Shown: piece by piece, positions 11,950 through 25,141 of the stretch
Layout of the letters: each line of letters begins with the position of its first letter
Position numbering within the stretch: the first letter of the stretch is position 1
Assembly (NCBI RefSeq): GCF_006345805.1
Contig: NW_021833746.1
Coordinates: 7,766 to 71,765, forward strand
Direction of reading: 5' to 3'
Length of the DNA stretch: 64,000 nucleotides
DNA from: Octopus sinensis
Taxonomy: Eukaryota
The notes under the pieces: generated by a model
The model's input: only the letters and a program-made list of their open reading frames with translations
What the model was told of the DNA's origin: nothing
The model's database searches: none
Program-made: the position numbers and the translations under genes

Positions 11950-12610
11950 TAATAACATTGATGTAAATAGTGATAATAGCAATATCAATAATAGAGGTGG
12001 TATAGATAAAAGTATGGTAGGTGATAATAATGAAGATGAATTAATAATTAGTAACCCTAGTTTGCATAACAACGTAATTACTAATAGTGAAAATAATACT
12101 AATACTAACAATAATTTAAATAACAGTAATGGAAGTGAACTGTCCTTAAATAATTCCAGTACCGGACACTATCCCCCCAGTTGTAATTGTAGGATTAGAT
12201 CAAAATGTCCGTTATCTGGCCTTTGTTCTGTCCAAAACGTGATTTATAAATGCACGATAATAACTTCAAACAATAGCTTTCTTTCTTTATTTTGGTTCTT
12301 CGGTAGATTTTAAAAAACGTCTAAACAATCATTTTTCCTCTTTTAGACTCAAACATAAGGCAGGTTGCACAACATTATCTAGTAAAATTTGGGAACTAAA
12401 ATACAATAATATAGAATTCAACCTAAAGTGGGATATAGTTAGATGAGCGCAACCTTATAGAAATAATAGGGATGGTTGTCAACTTTGTTCTATGGAAACT
12501 TATGAAATTTTGAAATATCAGGGTAATACAAATCTGTTGAATAACCGTTTGGAGCTGGGAGTATCTTGTATACATCGTACGACCCGAACGTTTAAATACT
12601 TTAAATAATA
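11400..12610 (+). mobile_element. 5'-truncated Penelope-like element (GIY-YIG endonuclease pseudogene) with inverted upstream segment
   Basis: 11741-12606 reads ASHKYHKIISKKSVRISYSTLPNM...CNCRIRSKCPLSGLCSVQNVIYKC [frameshift] YFGSSVDFKKRLNNH...KIWELK...KW...*...CQLC...LLNNRLEL...C: PLE thumb/linker/GIY-YIG motifs. Confidence 0.85.
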
Positions 12611-13057
12611 ATTTTGTGAATATTCCTATATTTTTCAAATTTTAATTCTTTATAACCAAATAAAAAGGAATATACCATACTAGCTTTCAAATTAACATTT
12701 GTAGATGACTAAAATAACTTCACTGCAAACTTAAAATTGAATTCTTCTTTTTTTCTAAAATTAAACTGTATGAATCAAAATAGTTGGAATCCTAAATAGT
12801 ATGAATCCCAAATAGTAGGAATACTAAATAGTATGAATCCTATGTCCCTAAAGAAACTATTCAGTTCACCTTGATTATCTCACTTCTATTTCTTAATATA
12901 TAATTAGTCTAAGATATCTTTACAAAATATATTTAACCAAATAGGAACGAATATACCATACTGGTTTTAGTTTAACACCCATAAATGATTAAAAAACTTC
13001 ATTGCAAACTAAAATTAAATTCTTTTTTATAATGTTCTCCAATACTAAGTAGTACTG

Positions 13058-13250
13058 TGCAGGTGGCACGTAAAAAGCACCCACTACACTCACGGAGTGG
13101 TTGGCGTTAGGAAGGGCATCCAGCTGTAGAAACATTGCCAGATTAGACTGGAGCCTGGTGCAGCCTTCTGGCTTCCCAGAACCCCGGTCGAACCGTCCAA
13201 CCCATGCTAGCATGGAGAACGGACGTTAAACGATGATGATGATGATGATG
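13058..13250 (+). mobile_element. 5'-truncated RTE 3' UTR copy with (GAT)n tail
   Basis: Matches ~59360-59535. Confidence 0.85.
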
Positions 13251-13676
13251 AATGACATTGTAGGGGTAGGTGTGAGAAATCAGATCTGGTCAGTTTGGCC
13301 ATTAAAACAGGCAGAATATTTGTGTCTGATATGGTCAGTTTGAATGCTAAAGGGTTAATCAGTTGGTTAAACAATTGATCAGTTGTCTGTCAAAGATCTC
13401 ATCAATACCTTACCCACAGATTTGCTTTACACCTGGAGGAGAGAGGCATGCCATTGATGAGGTTACAAATGGCAACAAAAGGATTTTGACAAACTTAATT
13501 GCTTGATTGCTTAACAGACCTACTAAGCAAGCATTAGGTTATTGATTGATTACATTACTAACTAGTTGACTAATAATAAGTGATTGCTCAAGATACAAAA
13601 AGACTATTCTTTGTATGTCCGACAGGTTTTGAAAAAAAAAGAGGTTGATATAGTATATAGGTTGATGTAGTATATA

Positions 13677-14082
13677 GCCGCAGGAGTGGCTGTGTGGTAA
13701 GCAGCTTGCTAACCAACCACATGGTTCCGGGTTCAGTCCCATGTGTGGCATCTTGGGCAAGTGTCTTCTGCTATAGCCCCGGGCCGACCAATGCCTTGTG
13801 AGTGGATTTGGTAGACGGAAACTGAAAGAAGCCTGTCGTATATATGTATATATATATATATAAGTGTGTGTGTGTGTGTCTGTGTTTGTCCCTCTAGCAT
13901 CGCTTGACAACCGATGCTGGTGTGTTTATGTCCCCGTCACTTAGCGGTTCGGCAAAAGAGACCGATAGAATAAGTACTGGGCTTACATAGAATAAGTCCC
14001 GGGGTTGATTTTCTCGACTAAAGGCGGTGCTCCAGCATGGCTGCAGTCAAATGACTGAAACAAGTAAAAGAGTAAAAGAGTA
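13677..14082 (+). mobile_element. SINE-A full-length copy
   Basis: Same structure as 6858-7279. Confidence 0.9.
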
Positions 14083-15182
14083 TATGTGTGTGTATGTGTT
14101 TGGCTGTGTTGCTATGAAGAGATAGTGACCATAGCTTTGTTGTTGGTCATTGTTTGCATATTGTTTTTATTTTTAACCCTTTTGAGACACACAGTGTTTT
14201 GGTCTGTATATAAACTTAGATAAACTTAGATATGTTTCGACCAAAGATTGGTCCAGGCCATGTCTAACTTAATAGCACCACCTGATAGGATTATTTGAAT
14301 CCTGTTTAAGTCAAGTTTTGTTTATGGTCCATTCAAGTAGTGAGTTTTTGTTGGGTGAGTTGTATCCAATTATGGGTGGCTTATCTGGTATTCCTTGAAG
14401 GAATCTATCCAGACTCCGTTTAAAGTTGATGGGATCCTTTTCCTCTTTGATCTCTTTCTGGACAATGTTAAATAGGGCAGGTCCTGTTGAGGAAAAGAAA
14501 TCTGTGTAGCCCCAAACACCAAAATGTTTTCTGTTGATATTGGAAACGATGGGTGAATGCAGAAAACATTGGACAGAGTGCCTACAACCACTTTATTACT
14601 CTTTTACTCTTTTATTTGTTTCAGTCATTTGATGCTGGAGCATGGCCTTTAGTAGAACAAATTGACCCCAGGACTTATTCTTTGTAAGCCTAGCACTTAT
14701 TTGGTGTCTTTTGTCAAAGCACTAAGTAAACCCCACCCCATCTGTTGTCAAGCAATAGAGGGGGGGAACAAACACAGACACACAAGCATACACACACACA
14801 CTTCCTTTCCTCTGCCCCTCCCTCTTCCTCTCCCCATTTCCACATCACCATCAGGGTGTTGGTCAGCCATGAGGGCTAAAGCTTTGAAGTTAGTTTTCAG
14901 CCACTCCTTTATGTATTATTCCAACACACACACAACAGATGCATAAACTAACATAGATACATACACACTGGCACAAATAAACACATACAAGCAGGTACAG
15001 ACACATTTTGAAACACATACACACACACAAAGTTTGGTCAGCCCCAGGCTATAGTAGAAGACACTTGCCCAAGGTGCCATGCAGTGGGACTGAACATGGA
15101 ACCATGTGGCTGGTAAGCAAGCAACTTACCACACAGTCACTCCTGCACTCAGAGTCACATGTAAAACTATATATATATATAT

Positions 15183-15433
15183 ATTACTCTTTACTCTTTT
15201 ACTTGTTTCAGTCATTTGACTACAGCCATCCTGGAGCACCACCTTTAGTTGAGCAAATCCACCCCAGGACTTATTCTTTGTAAGCCTAGTACTTATTCTA
15301 TCGGCCTCTTTGCCGAACCGATAGGTTACAGTGACATGAACACACCAGCATCGGTTGTCAAGCGATTTTGGGGGAACAAACACAGACACACAAACACACC
15401 ACACATATAATATATATATATTATTATATATAT

Positions 15434-15487
<54 letters not shown>

Positions 15488-15652
15488 CATGACAGGCTTC
15501 TTTCAGTTTCCGTCTGCCACATCCTCTCACAAGGCTTTGGTCGGCCCGAGGCTATAGTAGAAGACACTTGCCCAAGGTACCACACAGTGGTGGACTGAAA
15601 CCGGAACCATGTGGTTGGTAAGCAAGCTACTTACCAGACAGCCACTCCTGCC
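15183..15652 (-). mobile_element. SINE-A full-length copy (partial copies at 14593-14790 and 15031-15147)
   Basis: Reverse complement of the family consensus. Confidence 0.9.
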
Positions 15653-16008
15653 TATTATATGGTTTTATATTATATCTATGGAATGACAATCTCTGATTGG
15701 CCTTTACACTCCAAAACTTTTGTCTTATCAGTCCAAGAGGTCCACCTCTAAGTCCTTTCCTCTTGTATCACTTGGGCTGATCAATCAGCCTGGGTGTCAC
15801 AAAAGGGTTAAAGTAGGCATAGGTATGGCCATGTGGTTAGGGTATAAGAAGCTCATTTTGCAACTAAGTGGCTTTACATTTGGTCCCACTGTGTGGCGCC
15901 TTCTGTGTCTTATACTATCACCCCAGGTTCATTAATGCTTCCTCAGTGAAATTGGTTGATACAAACTATTTGGATGCTCATCATGTGTGTATATATATAT
16001 ATATATAT

Positions 16009-16418
16009 AGGCGCAGGAGTGGCTGTGTGGTAAGTAGCTTGCTAACCAACCACATGGTTCCGGGTTCATTCCCACTGTGTGGCATCTTGGTCAAGTGTCT
16101 TCTGCTGTAGCCCCGGGCCGACCAATGCCTTGTGAGTGGATTTGGTAGACGGAAACTGAAAGAAGCCTGTCGTATATATGTATCTATATATAAGTGTGTG
16201 TATATGTTTGTGTGTCTGTGTTTGTCCCACCAACATCGCTTGACAACCGATGCTGATGTGTTTACGTCCCTGTCACCTAGCGGTTCGGCAAAAGAGACCG
16301 ATAGAATAAGTACTGGGCTTACAAAGAATAAGTCCCGGAGTCGATTTGCTTGACTAAAAGCAGTGCTCTAGCATGGCTGCAGTCAAATGACCGAAACAAG
16401 TAAAAGAGTAAAAGAGTA
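16009..16418 (+). mobile_element. SINE-A full-length copy
   Basis: Same structure as 6858-7279. Confidence 0.9.
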
Positions 16419-17083
16419 TATATATATATGTCTGTATGTGTGTGAGAAAGAGAGTGCTCATGTGAGCCTGTGCTTGTTTTGTTGTTTAGCCCCTAGCCAG
16501 ATCTGATTGCAGAGACCATTGGCCAAAGACATTCCATTCTTGACCACCACAACAATCCCCTATGTGTAGGAACCTCTGAGGCATTAACTAGCTTTTCCCT
16601 TTTCAAGCCTGTAGAGTATGGATTTGAGTGACATTGAACTGCAATTTCTAGCAGATTCAGTGACCGTGTAGAGGCTCCACTCTGTCTATGCTTATGGGTC
16701 TGTGTGTCAGTGTGTGTCATGGAGGATGAGGGGAGATGTGGTGTTCTTTTATTTTAGGATTGGTGCATAGATGGAGTTTGTTGGTGGTGGCCATCCTTTT
16801 TAAAGTGTATGGGTAGGGTGTAGGGTAGTGTAGGTGGTCAAGGCTAGGGATGAGAAAGAGAGAGAAAGTGAAGGAGAGAAAAGGAAAGAGTTGTGATGGT
16901 GATTTTGGTGCTGTACTAAAGGCAAAGACAATCCAAGGGGTGATCATCCATCCTCCATCATGTCTTTCTTGAAGTAGTCTTGGGAGATATATATCTTTAA
17001 TGAAGGTGTTAGGATGTGATTTGAGGCATATTTGCTTGCTGTTTCTAGCAGATCCAACTGCCACATAGAACTTAGGTATTTGC

Positions 17084-17621
17084 TCAGCTGATGGTGTTGG
17101 TGGTGGTGCTGATGATAGAAGTAGTGGTTTTGGAGGTGGTAGTGGTGGTGATGGTGGTTGTGGTTGTGGTGGTGGTAGTAGTAGCAGTTGCTGTAGTGAT
17201 GGTTATGGTGGTAGTGGTGGTGGTTGTGGCATGTGGCTGTAGTGGTTGGTGGTGGTTGTGGTGGTTGTAATGGTCATGGTGGTGATAGTAGTAGCTGGGT
17301 GAGGGTTTGGTAGTAGCTGTGGTCATGGTGGTGCTAACTGGTCACCAAAATATAATAGAAGGCTGAAGCTTTCTTCCTTTCTTTCATTTTCATTCTTTCT
17401 TTGTTTCTTTAATCTACCCCCCCCCGTATGTTCCCTCCTCATCCATCCTCCTCCTCCTCCTCCTCTCTCTCACTCTTCTCCTCCCCATCACCATCCACCT
17501 GTTGGTCAGTCATCAGTGCTAAAGCTTTGAAGCCAGTTTTCAGCCACTCTTTTATGCATTAGGCCAACAGACACACACACACACACTGGCGGACACACAC
17601 ACACTCACGCACACACACACT

Positions 17622-17652
<31 letters not shown>

Positions 17653-17972
17653 ACACACACACTCGCAGACACACACACACACACTCACACACACTCTCAC
17701 ACATTCATACACACACACTCACACACACACTCGCACACACACACGCACACACACACACACATTTACGCACACACACACACACATGCATAAGCTAACATAG
17801 ACACATACACACTCACACCGAGGAACATGTGTCAACAGGAATATATAAACACATACAAGCAGGCATAGACAACACACACACACACCACACACATTCTGAA
17901 ACACACATACATACACACACACACACACACATACATACATACATATATATATAAAATACACATATGCATGAA

Positions 17973-18015
<43 letters not shown>

Positions 18016-18076
18016 ACACACACATGAAGAGAAACAACAGGGACATAGTACTGGACACTGATATAGATTATTGAAA

Positions 18077-18117
<41 letters not shown>

Positions 18118-18180
18118 GATACACACATAAACACACTGAGATACAAAAGCACACACACACATATACATACATACAAAATC
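17084..18180. repeat. (GGT)n-rich, pyrimidine-rich and (CA)n-rich low-complexity tracts
   Basis: Direct; GGT tract 17084-17335, CA tracts 17570-18180. Confidence 0.85.
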
Positions 18181-18467
18181 ATTCACAGAAATTCTCATAT
18201 CACTGCAATACCACCCAGAGGCTGGTTCTGCTGACCACTGGCCATACAACAGCCTCAACAACAACAACAACAACAGTAATCATACCACTACCATCCATCC
18301 ATCCATCCACAGTAAACACACCATGACATTCTAGCCAGCAGAGTAGATGCTAGAATACCAGTGTCCATCTCAGGTAGGGATATCTTTAGATGACCATCAC
18401 CTGCCTTCCATCTCTCTCTCTCTCTCTCCCTTCACACATTCTCTCCCTTTCATTCATCTCTATCTCT

Positions 18468-18887
18468 CTCTTTTACTCTTTTACTTGTTTCAGTAGTCAT
18501 TTGACTGCGGCCATGCTGGAGCACCGCCTTTTATAGTCGAGCAAATCGACCCCGGGACTTATTCTTTTGTAAGCCCAGTACTTATTCTATCGGTCTCTTT
18601 TGCTGAACCGCTAAGTGACGGGGACATAAACACACCAGCATCGGTTGTCAAGCGATGCTAGAGGGACAAACACAGACACAAACATATACACACACACACA
18701 CATACATATATATTTACATATATATGACAGGCTTCTTTCAGTTTCCGTCTACCAAATCTACTCACAAGGCTTTGGTCGGCCCGAGGCTATAGCAGAAGAC
18801 ACCTGCCCAAGATTCTACGCAGTGGGACTGAACCCGGAACCATGTGGTTGGTTAGCAAGCTACTTACCACACAGCCATTCCTGCGCC
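18468..18887 (-). mobile_element. SINE-A full-length copy
   Basis: Reverse complement of the family consensus. Confidence 0.9.
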
Positions 18888-19161
18888 TGTCTCTCTATTT
18901 CTTTTACCTTTTCCCTCTATTTTTCATCGTTCTCTCTCTCTCTCTCACTATCTCTCTCCTTACCTTTGTTCCCCACTCTTTCTCTCCATATTTTCTCCCT
19001 CTATGCTTTAAGTGCCATTTCCCTCTCTTCTGCCCCTGTCTGTCTGTCTGTCTCTCTCTCTCATTCTCTCCCCCCCCCGTCTCTGCTCCTTCTGTCTCTC
19101 TTTTACACCTCTCTTCACTCTTTCCCCCTTCCTTTGTCCCCCATTCTCTCCTTCTATCTCC

Positions 19162-19195
<34 letters not shown>

Positions 19196-19453
19196 ACTCT
19201 ATCTCCTTCCTCTCTCTCTCTCTTTCACTCTATCTATTTCCTCTCCCTCTCTTTCACTCTATCTCTCTCTCTTTCCAAATGACATGTATGAGCATCCGCT
19301 CTGGGAGGTGGTTTGGAATGTGATGGGAAATTTACTTCCCAACCACATGGCTCTGGGTTCAGTTCCACTGTGTGGCACCTTGAACAAGTGTCTTCCACTT
19401 ATAGCTCCAGGCTTGTCAAGCGATGGTGGGGAACAAACAGACACACAAACATA

Positions 19454-19540
<87 letters not shown>

Positions 19541-19543
<3 letters not shown>

Positions 19544-19865
19544 GTCGAAAGACCCCTGTTGTTTTTGTCCTGTTATTATTATTGTTTTTTGTATTTATAT
19601 TCATGTGGCCATCCCGTTTTTCTGTCCTTGTTTCGTATACATTCGACCCTTTTTCCAAGAAATCTAATGCTCGTAGCTTAGTTTTCCCTTGGGGCTGGCC
19701 GGATCGGAGCGATCTCATGATTAATCAGCCGAAATTGCGAGGACGATCCGATTCTTGACTGAAGATTAGAGGCTTCGAATGACCCCTCTGTTTTTTTTTG
19801 TGTCTTCAATTTGAATGTTTTGCGTTCTTGTCCCATTTTGTATTTTTATATATATTTTTTATACA
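19541..19865 (+). mobile_element. Dispersed repeat in (TA)n, same family as the 56774 palindrome
   Basis: gaaattgcgaggacgatccgattcttgactgaagattagaggcttcgaatg shared with 56842-56895; tail also at ~7300-7350 in reverse. Confidence 0.7.
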
Positions 19866-20239
19866 TACATATATATATATATATATATGTTTATCAAAAT
19901 AAAAACATGATGCAAAGGATTTAGCGGTACATATGTTTCTGGCTTTTATTAGACGGTTTATATCAATGCATAATTGATGTAATTTATTTGTCATTAGCCT
20001 TCTTCATCCACGTACAATTACTACTTCAAGGACATGTATTACATTATAAGTTTGGGAAAAAGGCGATTTACGTTGGGGATGCAAATCCTCATAGTCGTAT
20101 ACAACAGAGCAAGGCACCAAAACAAAACCAAAGCGTCCATCTCGTTTTTCGCTCGACGTAAATATATATATATATATATATCTTCTTTCTGTCTTTAACT
20201 CTCCAACGCGGAGTATAGGCCACTTGTAATTGAATTCCA

Positions 20240-20505
20240 TGTCTCATAATTTTTCGCCTCTGTAGTTATACTCTGCCATGAATGTCCCCCTTTCTCTAGT
20301 CTCTTTTCTGTTGATCTATGCCATAAGCCTACCTTTCTTTCTATATCCATCCGAATTCCACTGTATAGCACTTTTCGCTACATTTTGTGTGTCTTTTCTA
20401 ATTGTGCTACCAATCCACTTCCACTTTTTCTTAACTTTCGAAACTTGATTTGTTCTTTGCCATAGCTCCATATTGCTTATGTGTTTGGGCCATCTAATCT
20501 TAAGT
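20240..20505 (-). mobile_element. RTE-clade LINE C-terminal remnant
   Basis: Minus strand reads RWPKHISNMELWQRTNQ...KWKWIGSTIRK...AIQWNSDGYRKKGR, a typical RTE tail. Confidence 0.7.
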
Positions 20506-20765
20506 ATACTAAGGCTATCGTAGAGGACACTTGCTCAAAGTGCCACACAGCAGGACTGAACCTGAAACCATGTGGTTGGGAAGCTAGCTTCTTACCACAC
20601 AGCCACCTTGTGTGTATGAATAGTTTTCTCTTTGTATAGTGGTTAAGCAACTACAGTACTTGGTAGTATTAGTAGTTGTGATGTGCAGAGCAAATTTAAG
20701 AAAAACTAAAATAAGCTGAAACACAAGTTTTGATTATTAGTTTCTCACCATTGTGGTTGCTATGT

Positions 20766-20808
<43 letters not shown>

Positions 20809-20995
20809 CACACATATATACGACAGGCTTCTCTCAGTTTCCGTCTACCAAATCCACTCACAAGGCATTGGTCGGCCTGGGGCTATAGCAGAAGACACTT
20901 GCCCAAGATGCCACGCAGTGGGACTGAACCCGGAACCTTGTGGTTGGTAAGCAAACTACTTACCACACAGCCACTCCTGTGCCTATATATATATA

Positions 20996-21035
<40 letters not shown>

Positions 21036-21036
<1 letters not shown>

Positions 21037-21345
21037 GAGGTGCAATGGCCCAGTGGTTAGAGCAGCGGACTCGCGGTTGTAGGATCGCAGTTTCGATTCC
21101 CAGACTGGGTGTTGTGAGTGTTTATTGAGCGCAAACACCTAAAGCTCCACAAAGCTCCAGCAGGGGGTGGTGACGATCCCTGCTGTACTCTTTCGCCGCA
21201 ACTTTCTCTCACTCTTTCTTCTGTTGGCCTGCTCGCTTACCCAGCAGTGTGGTGTCATTGGAAGGCTAAAACAATGCGAAGCGCATTGTGACCAGTGATG
21301 TGTAGCAACATCTGATAGCCTGGGCGGTCACGGTGATCACGGTGA
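21036..21345 (+). mobile_element. SINE-D (tRNA-derived) copy
   Basis: Head tggcccagtggttagagcagcgg...gtttcgattccc; 3' end also present in reverse at 9003-9075. Confidence 0.7.
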
Positions 21346-21500
21346 TATATATATATATATATATACATATATATATAAACACACACACACATATGTTTAT
21401 TCTGTCATAGAATATACCCAATGTTCACATACATCATGTTTACTTTCTACAAACTCAATTTTATTATCACATTGTGAAATTTAGTGTTACCTAACACAAA

Positions 21501-21540
<40 letters not shown>

Positions 21541-21954
21541 TATATATATATAATATATATATATATATAAAGGGAAAGTTTACGAAAATAAACAAAAGAC
21601 GAAGGCAGGAGGAGTACAAACAAACAAATGTATTAGTATAGCGTTCAGGAATAGAAAATGTCTTTTACGTTTTGAGCCTACGCTCTTCAACAGAAAGATA
21701 CACAAAAAAAAACAAGGAGAGAAAGTATGCGTGTAGGAGCTAACGATCTATCATGGCGTCCTGACTTCGGACAGTTGTCAGACGTGAGAGGGACAGTAGG
21801 GGAGATACACACACACATATATGCACTCATACACACATATATATATGTTTATGTGTATCGATACATTTATAGTGGTGTGGGTGATCACGGGGGAACACTT
21901 GGTTCGTCCGTCGATGAAGAGTGCGGCTATCCGCGTGAACTGATAGAAAATATA

Positions 21955-22555
21955 AGGCGGCGAGCTGGCAGAAGCATTAGCACGCCGGGTGAAATGCTTT
22001 GCGGTATTTCGTCTGCCGTTACGTTGTGAGTTCAAATTCCGCCGAGGTCAACTTTGCCTTTCATCCTTTCGGGGTCGATAAATTAAGCACCAGTTACACA
22101 CGGGTCGATGTAATCGACTTAATTCTTTTGTCTGTCCTTGTTTGTCCCCTCTGTGTTTAGCCCCTTGTGGGTAGTAAAGAAATAGGTATTTCATCTGTCG
22201 CTACGTTCAGAGATCAAATTTCACCGAGGTCGACTTTGCCTTTCATCCTTTCGGGGTCGATAAAATTAAGCACCAGTTATTCACTGGGGTCGATGTAATT
22301 GACTTAATACATATGTCTGTCCTTGATTGTCCCTTCTGTGTTTAGCTCCTTGTGGGTAATAAAGAAATAGGTATTTCGTCTGTCGCTACGTTCTGAGTTC
22401 AAATTCCGCTAAGGTCGACTTTGCCTTTCATCCTTTCGGGGTCGATTAAATAAGTACCTGTTACTCAGTGGGATCGATATAATTGACTTAATACCTATGT
22501 CTGTCCTTGATTGTCCCTTCTGTGTTTAGCCCCTTGTGGGTAATAAAGAAATAGG
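21955..22555 (+). mobile_element. SINE-B with triplicated ~183-bp body
   Basis: One head (aaggcggcgagctggcagaa) then three units starting ggtatttc at about 22004, 22186 and 22370. Confidence 0.85.
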
Positions 22556-22645
22556 TGTGGGTATGTACTTATATATCTGCATGCATGCATATATGTATTC
22601 TATTACCTATTTATTTCTTCACTTCTCGCTCCCTGTCGTTGCCAG

Positions 22646-22987
22646 GCTGAAGAACTTAACACTATCATCGGGAATGCTTTCAAGATGGCCTACGCACAGC
22701 AACGTCAACGGCAGCCAACATTCAATGAGCTGATCGAGCGCCAGATCCAGGAACAGAAGGCCAAGTTTGCTGAGGACCAGGAGCAGGCAGAGAGGGACCT
22801 CCAGCAGAAGCTCAACGAGATTGCCACTCCAACCCCGTTCTCAGAGAAGGCCATACAGAGGATGGAGATGAGACGACAACTGAGCGAAGAAACAGCGCAG
22901 GAGAGAGAGAAGGAACTTGCACAACAACATCACCAGCAGCAACAGCAGCAGCATTCAAGCACTGCCACACTGCGGAGCTGGCTTTGG
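22646..22987 (+). CDS. SH2D5: SH2D5-like adaptor, coding exon D (PTB C-terminal helix AEELNTIIGNAFKMAY, coiled coil, poly-Q)
   Basis: Acceptor ccctgtcgttgccag, donor TGG|gtaagt, 342 nt, phase 0/0. The IGxAFxxAY helix is a PTB hallmark. Confidence 0.9.
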
Positions 22988-23084
22988 GTAAGTACGGCCC
23001 TTGGCTCAGTGGACTTAATTTTGGCATGTGGGGGCTGGGGACTCAAAAGGTAAATGGCATAGATGAAGTTTATGATGTTAGTTT

Positions 23085-23366
23085 TGAATGAAACACTCAT
23101 GCTTTTGGAGGTGAATTATTCAAACCCCAAAGAATCCCTCTCAACACATGGCTATGATGCTCCCCCACTACTTCTGCTCGTGATCAGAGATGCACATATC
23201 GTCGGCCACTAAGGGACATGCTCAACTGTTTAAGGTCAAACAACTGACAAGCAAATCTGTGGTATTGAGCAGAATATTTGCTGTAGCCCATCTTTTTTAT
23301 ACCAATAAACTACGACATGATAACACTTCCAATCAGTTAAGATCAGGAGCCATGAGAGCCACTGTC

Positions 23367-23409
<43 letters not shown>

Positions 23410-24125
23410 GTCGTCATCGAGGGAGAGAGCGGTGCATGCCATCAAAGTGACACTGGGGTAAAATATACGAAGCCCTATATACCCGTCTGATAAGGGTACA
23501 CTAGGCACATGCATCACAACTATATGTGCGCGACATAGTTATCTCTTATCAAGATAAATGTCACATGACCTTGCAGGTGGGGCCCAGTTAGAATTTTCTT
23601 CTGGTCGAGTAGTCCATCCTGCTCAAAAGGTCCTTGAATAAGGATTGTTTAAGGATGTTGAACGAAACACCCATGCTTTCGGAGGTGAATTATTCAAACC
23701 CCAAAGAATTCCTTTCAACACATGGCTATGATGCTCCCCCCACTAATTCTGCTTGTGATCAGAGATGCACATATTGTCAGCCACTAAGAGACATGCTCAA
23801 CTGGTTATGGTCAAACAACTGACAAGCGAGCTAGCAGAATCGTTAGCATGCCGGGCGAAATGCTTAGCGGTATTTCGTCTGCCGTTACGCTGTGAGTTCA
23901 AATTCCGCCGAGGTCAACTTTGCCTTTCATCCTTTCGGGGTCGATAAATTAAGTACCAGTTAAGCACTGGGGTCGATATAATCGACTTAATACCTATGTC
24001 TGTCCATGTTTGTCCCCTCTATGTTCAGCCCCTTGTGGGTAATAAAGAAATAGGTATTGAACAGAATATTTGCTGTAGCCCATCTTTTATACCAAGACAA
24101 AACAATGTACATGATAACACTTCCT
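23085..24125 (-). mobile_element. Two copies of an (AAT)n-flanked ~620-bp element, the second interrupted by SINE-B (23826-24053)
   Basis: 23085-23367 and 23410-24125 are reverse-complement matches to 50669-51292, separated by (ATT)n. Confidence 0.8.
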
Positions 24126-24166
24126 TATTATTATTATTATTATTATTATTATGATTATGATGATTA

Positions 24167-24197
<31 letters not shown>

Positions 24198-24261
24198 TGT
24201 TATTATTATTATCATTATCCTTATTATTATTATCATTATCATTATTATTATTATCATTATC

Positions 24262-24320
<59 letters not shown>

Positions 24321-24590
24321 CATTATTATTATCTTTATCATTATTATCATTATCACTATTATCATTATTATTATTATTATTATTATCATTATTATTATTG
24401 TCATTATCATTATTATTATTATCATTATCATTATCATCATTATCATTATTATTATTATCTTTATCATTATTATTATCTTTATCATTATTATCATTATTAT
24501 TATCATTATTATCATTATTATTATCTTTATCATTATTATTATCATTATTATTATTATTATTATCTTTATTTTTATTATTATCATTATTCT
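24126..24590. repeat. (ATT/ATC)n microsatellite
   Basis: Direct; source of the poly-Y/I/L/N ORFs. Confidence 0.95.
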
Positions 24591-24614
24591 CCTCCTCCTC
24601 CTCCATTCCAACAG

Positions 24615-25013
24615 GGAAGGCAGACGACGGAACGTGTGAAACACCGGTCACCAGTTACGGAACTCCTATCGCTGACCTCTGACCGCGGCTCGCCGCCACC
24701 TGCCCTTATCAAGCCATCCTCTAGTCCCGCCCACCTGAGGCCACAGCCACACAACAGCACCGATCACAGCCTCCACGGCCAGCAGCGTAACTCTGTACCT
24801 CCTGGGGTGAGCAACTCCCACTCCTTGTCTGTTAGCGCTATCCAACAATGCTTTGAGAACTGTCAGGTGAAGGGGTCTCCCGTGACTGCTTTAAAAGATC
24901 AAATTGACAAACACTTCGGTGATTGCTCCCTTGAATCCTTAGATCTGGAATTTGGCCACCCTGACACATATCTATACCCTGCTTCTAAACTAAAGCAGAA
25001 AGATGGGGAAAAG
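24615..25013 (+). CDS. SH2D5: SH2D5-like adaptor, coding exon E (Ser/Pro-rich linker, GRQTTERVKH...KLKQKDGEK)
   Basis: Acceptor cctcctccattccaacag, donor AAG|gtacct (weaker), 399 nt open, GC-rich, phase 0/0 and compatible with exons D and F. Confidence 0.8.
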
Positions 25014-25105
25014 GTACCTCTGCTTTGTTCTTCTATTTTCTTTTCTTTTTTTTTTTTTCCTTTTTTTTCTTTTTCATTTTTTCTTCTCACTCACTCACTC
25101 ACTCA

Positions 25106-25141
<36 letters not shown>

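Noticed and set aside
18185-18380. GC-richer island with a possible donor (ctcag|gtaggg) as an exon
   Set aside because: Stops in all three frames, and exons C and D already join seamlessly within the PTB domain.
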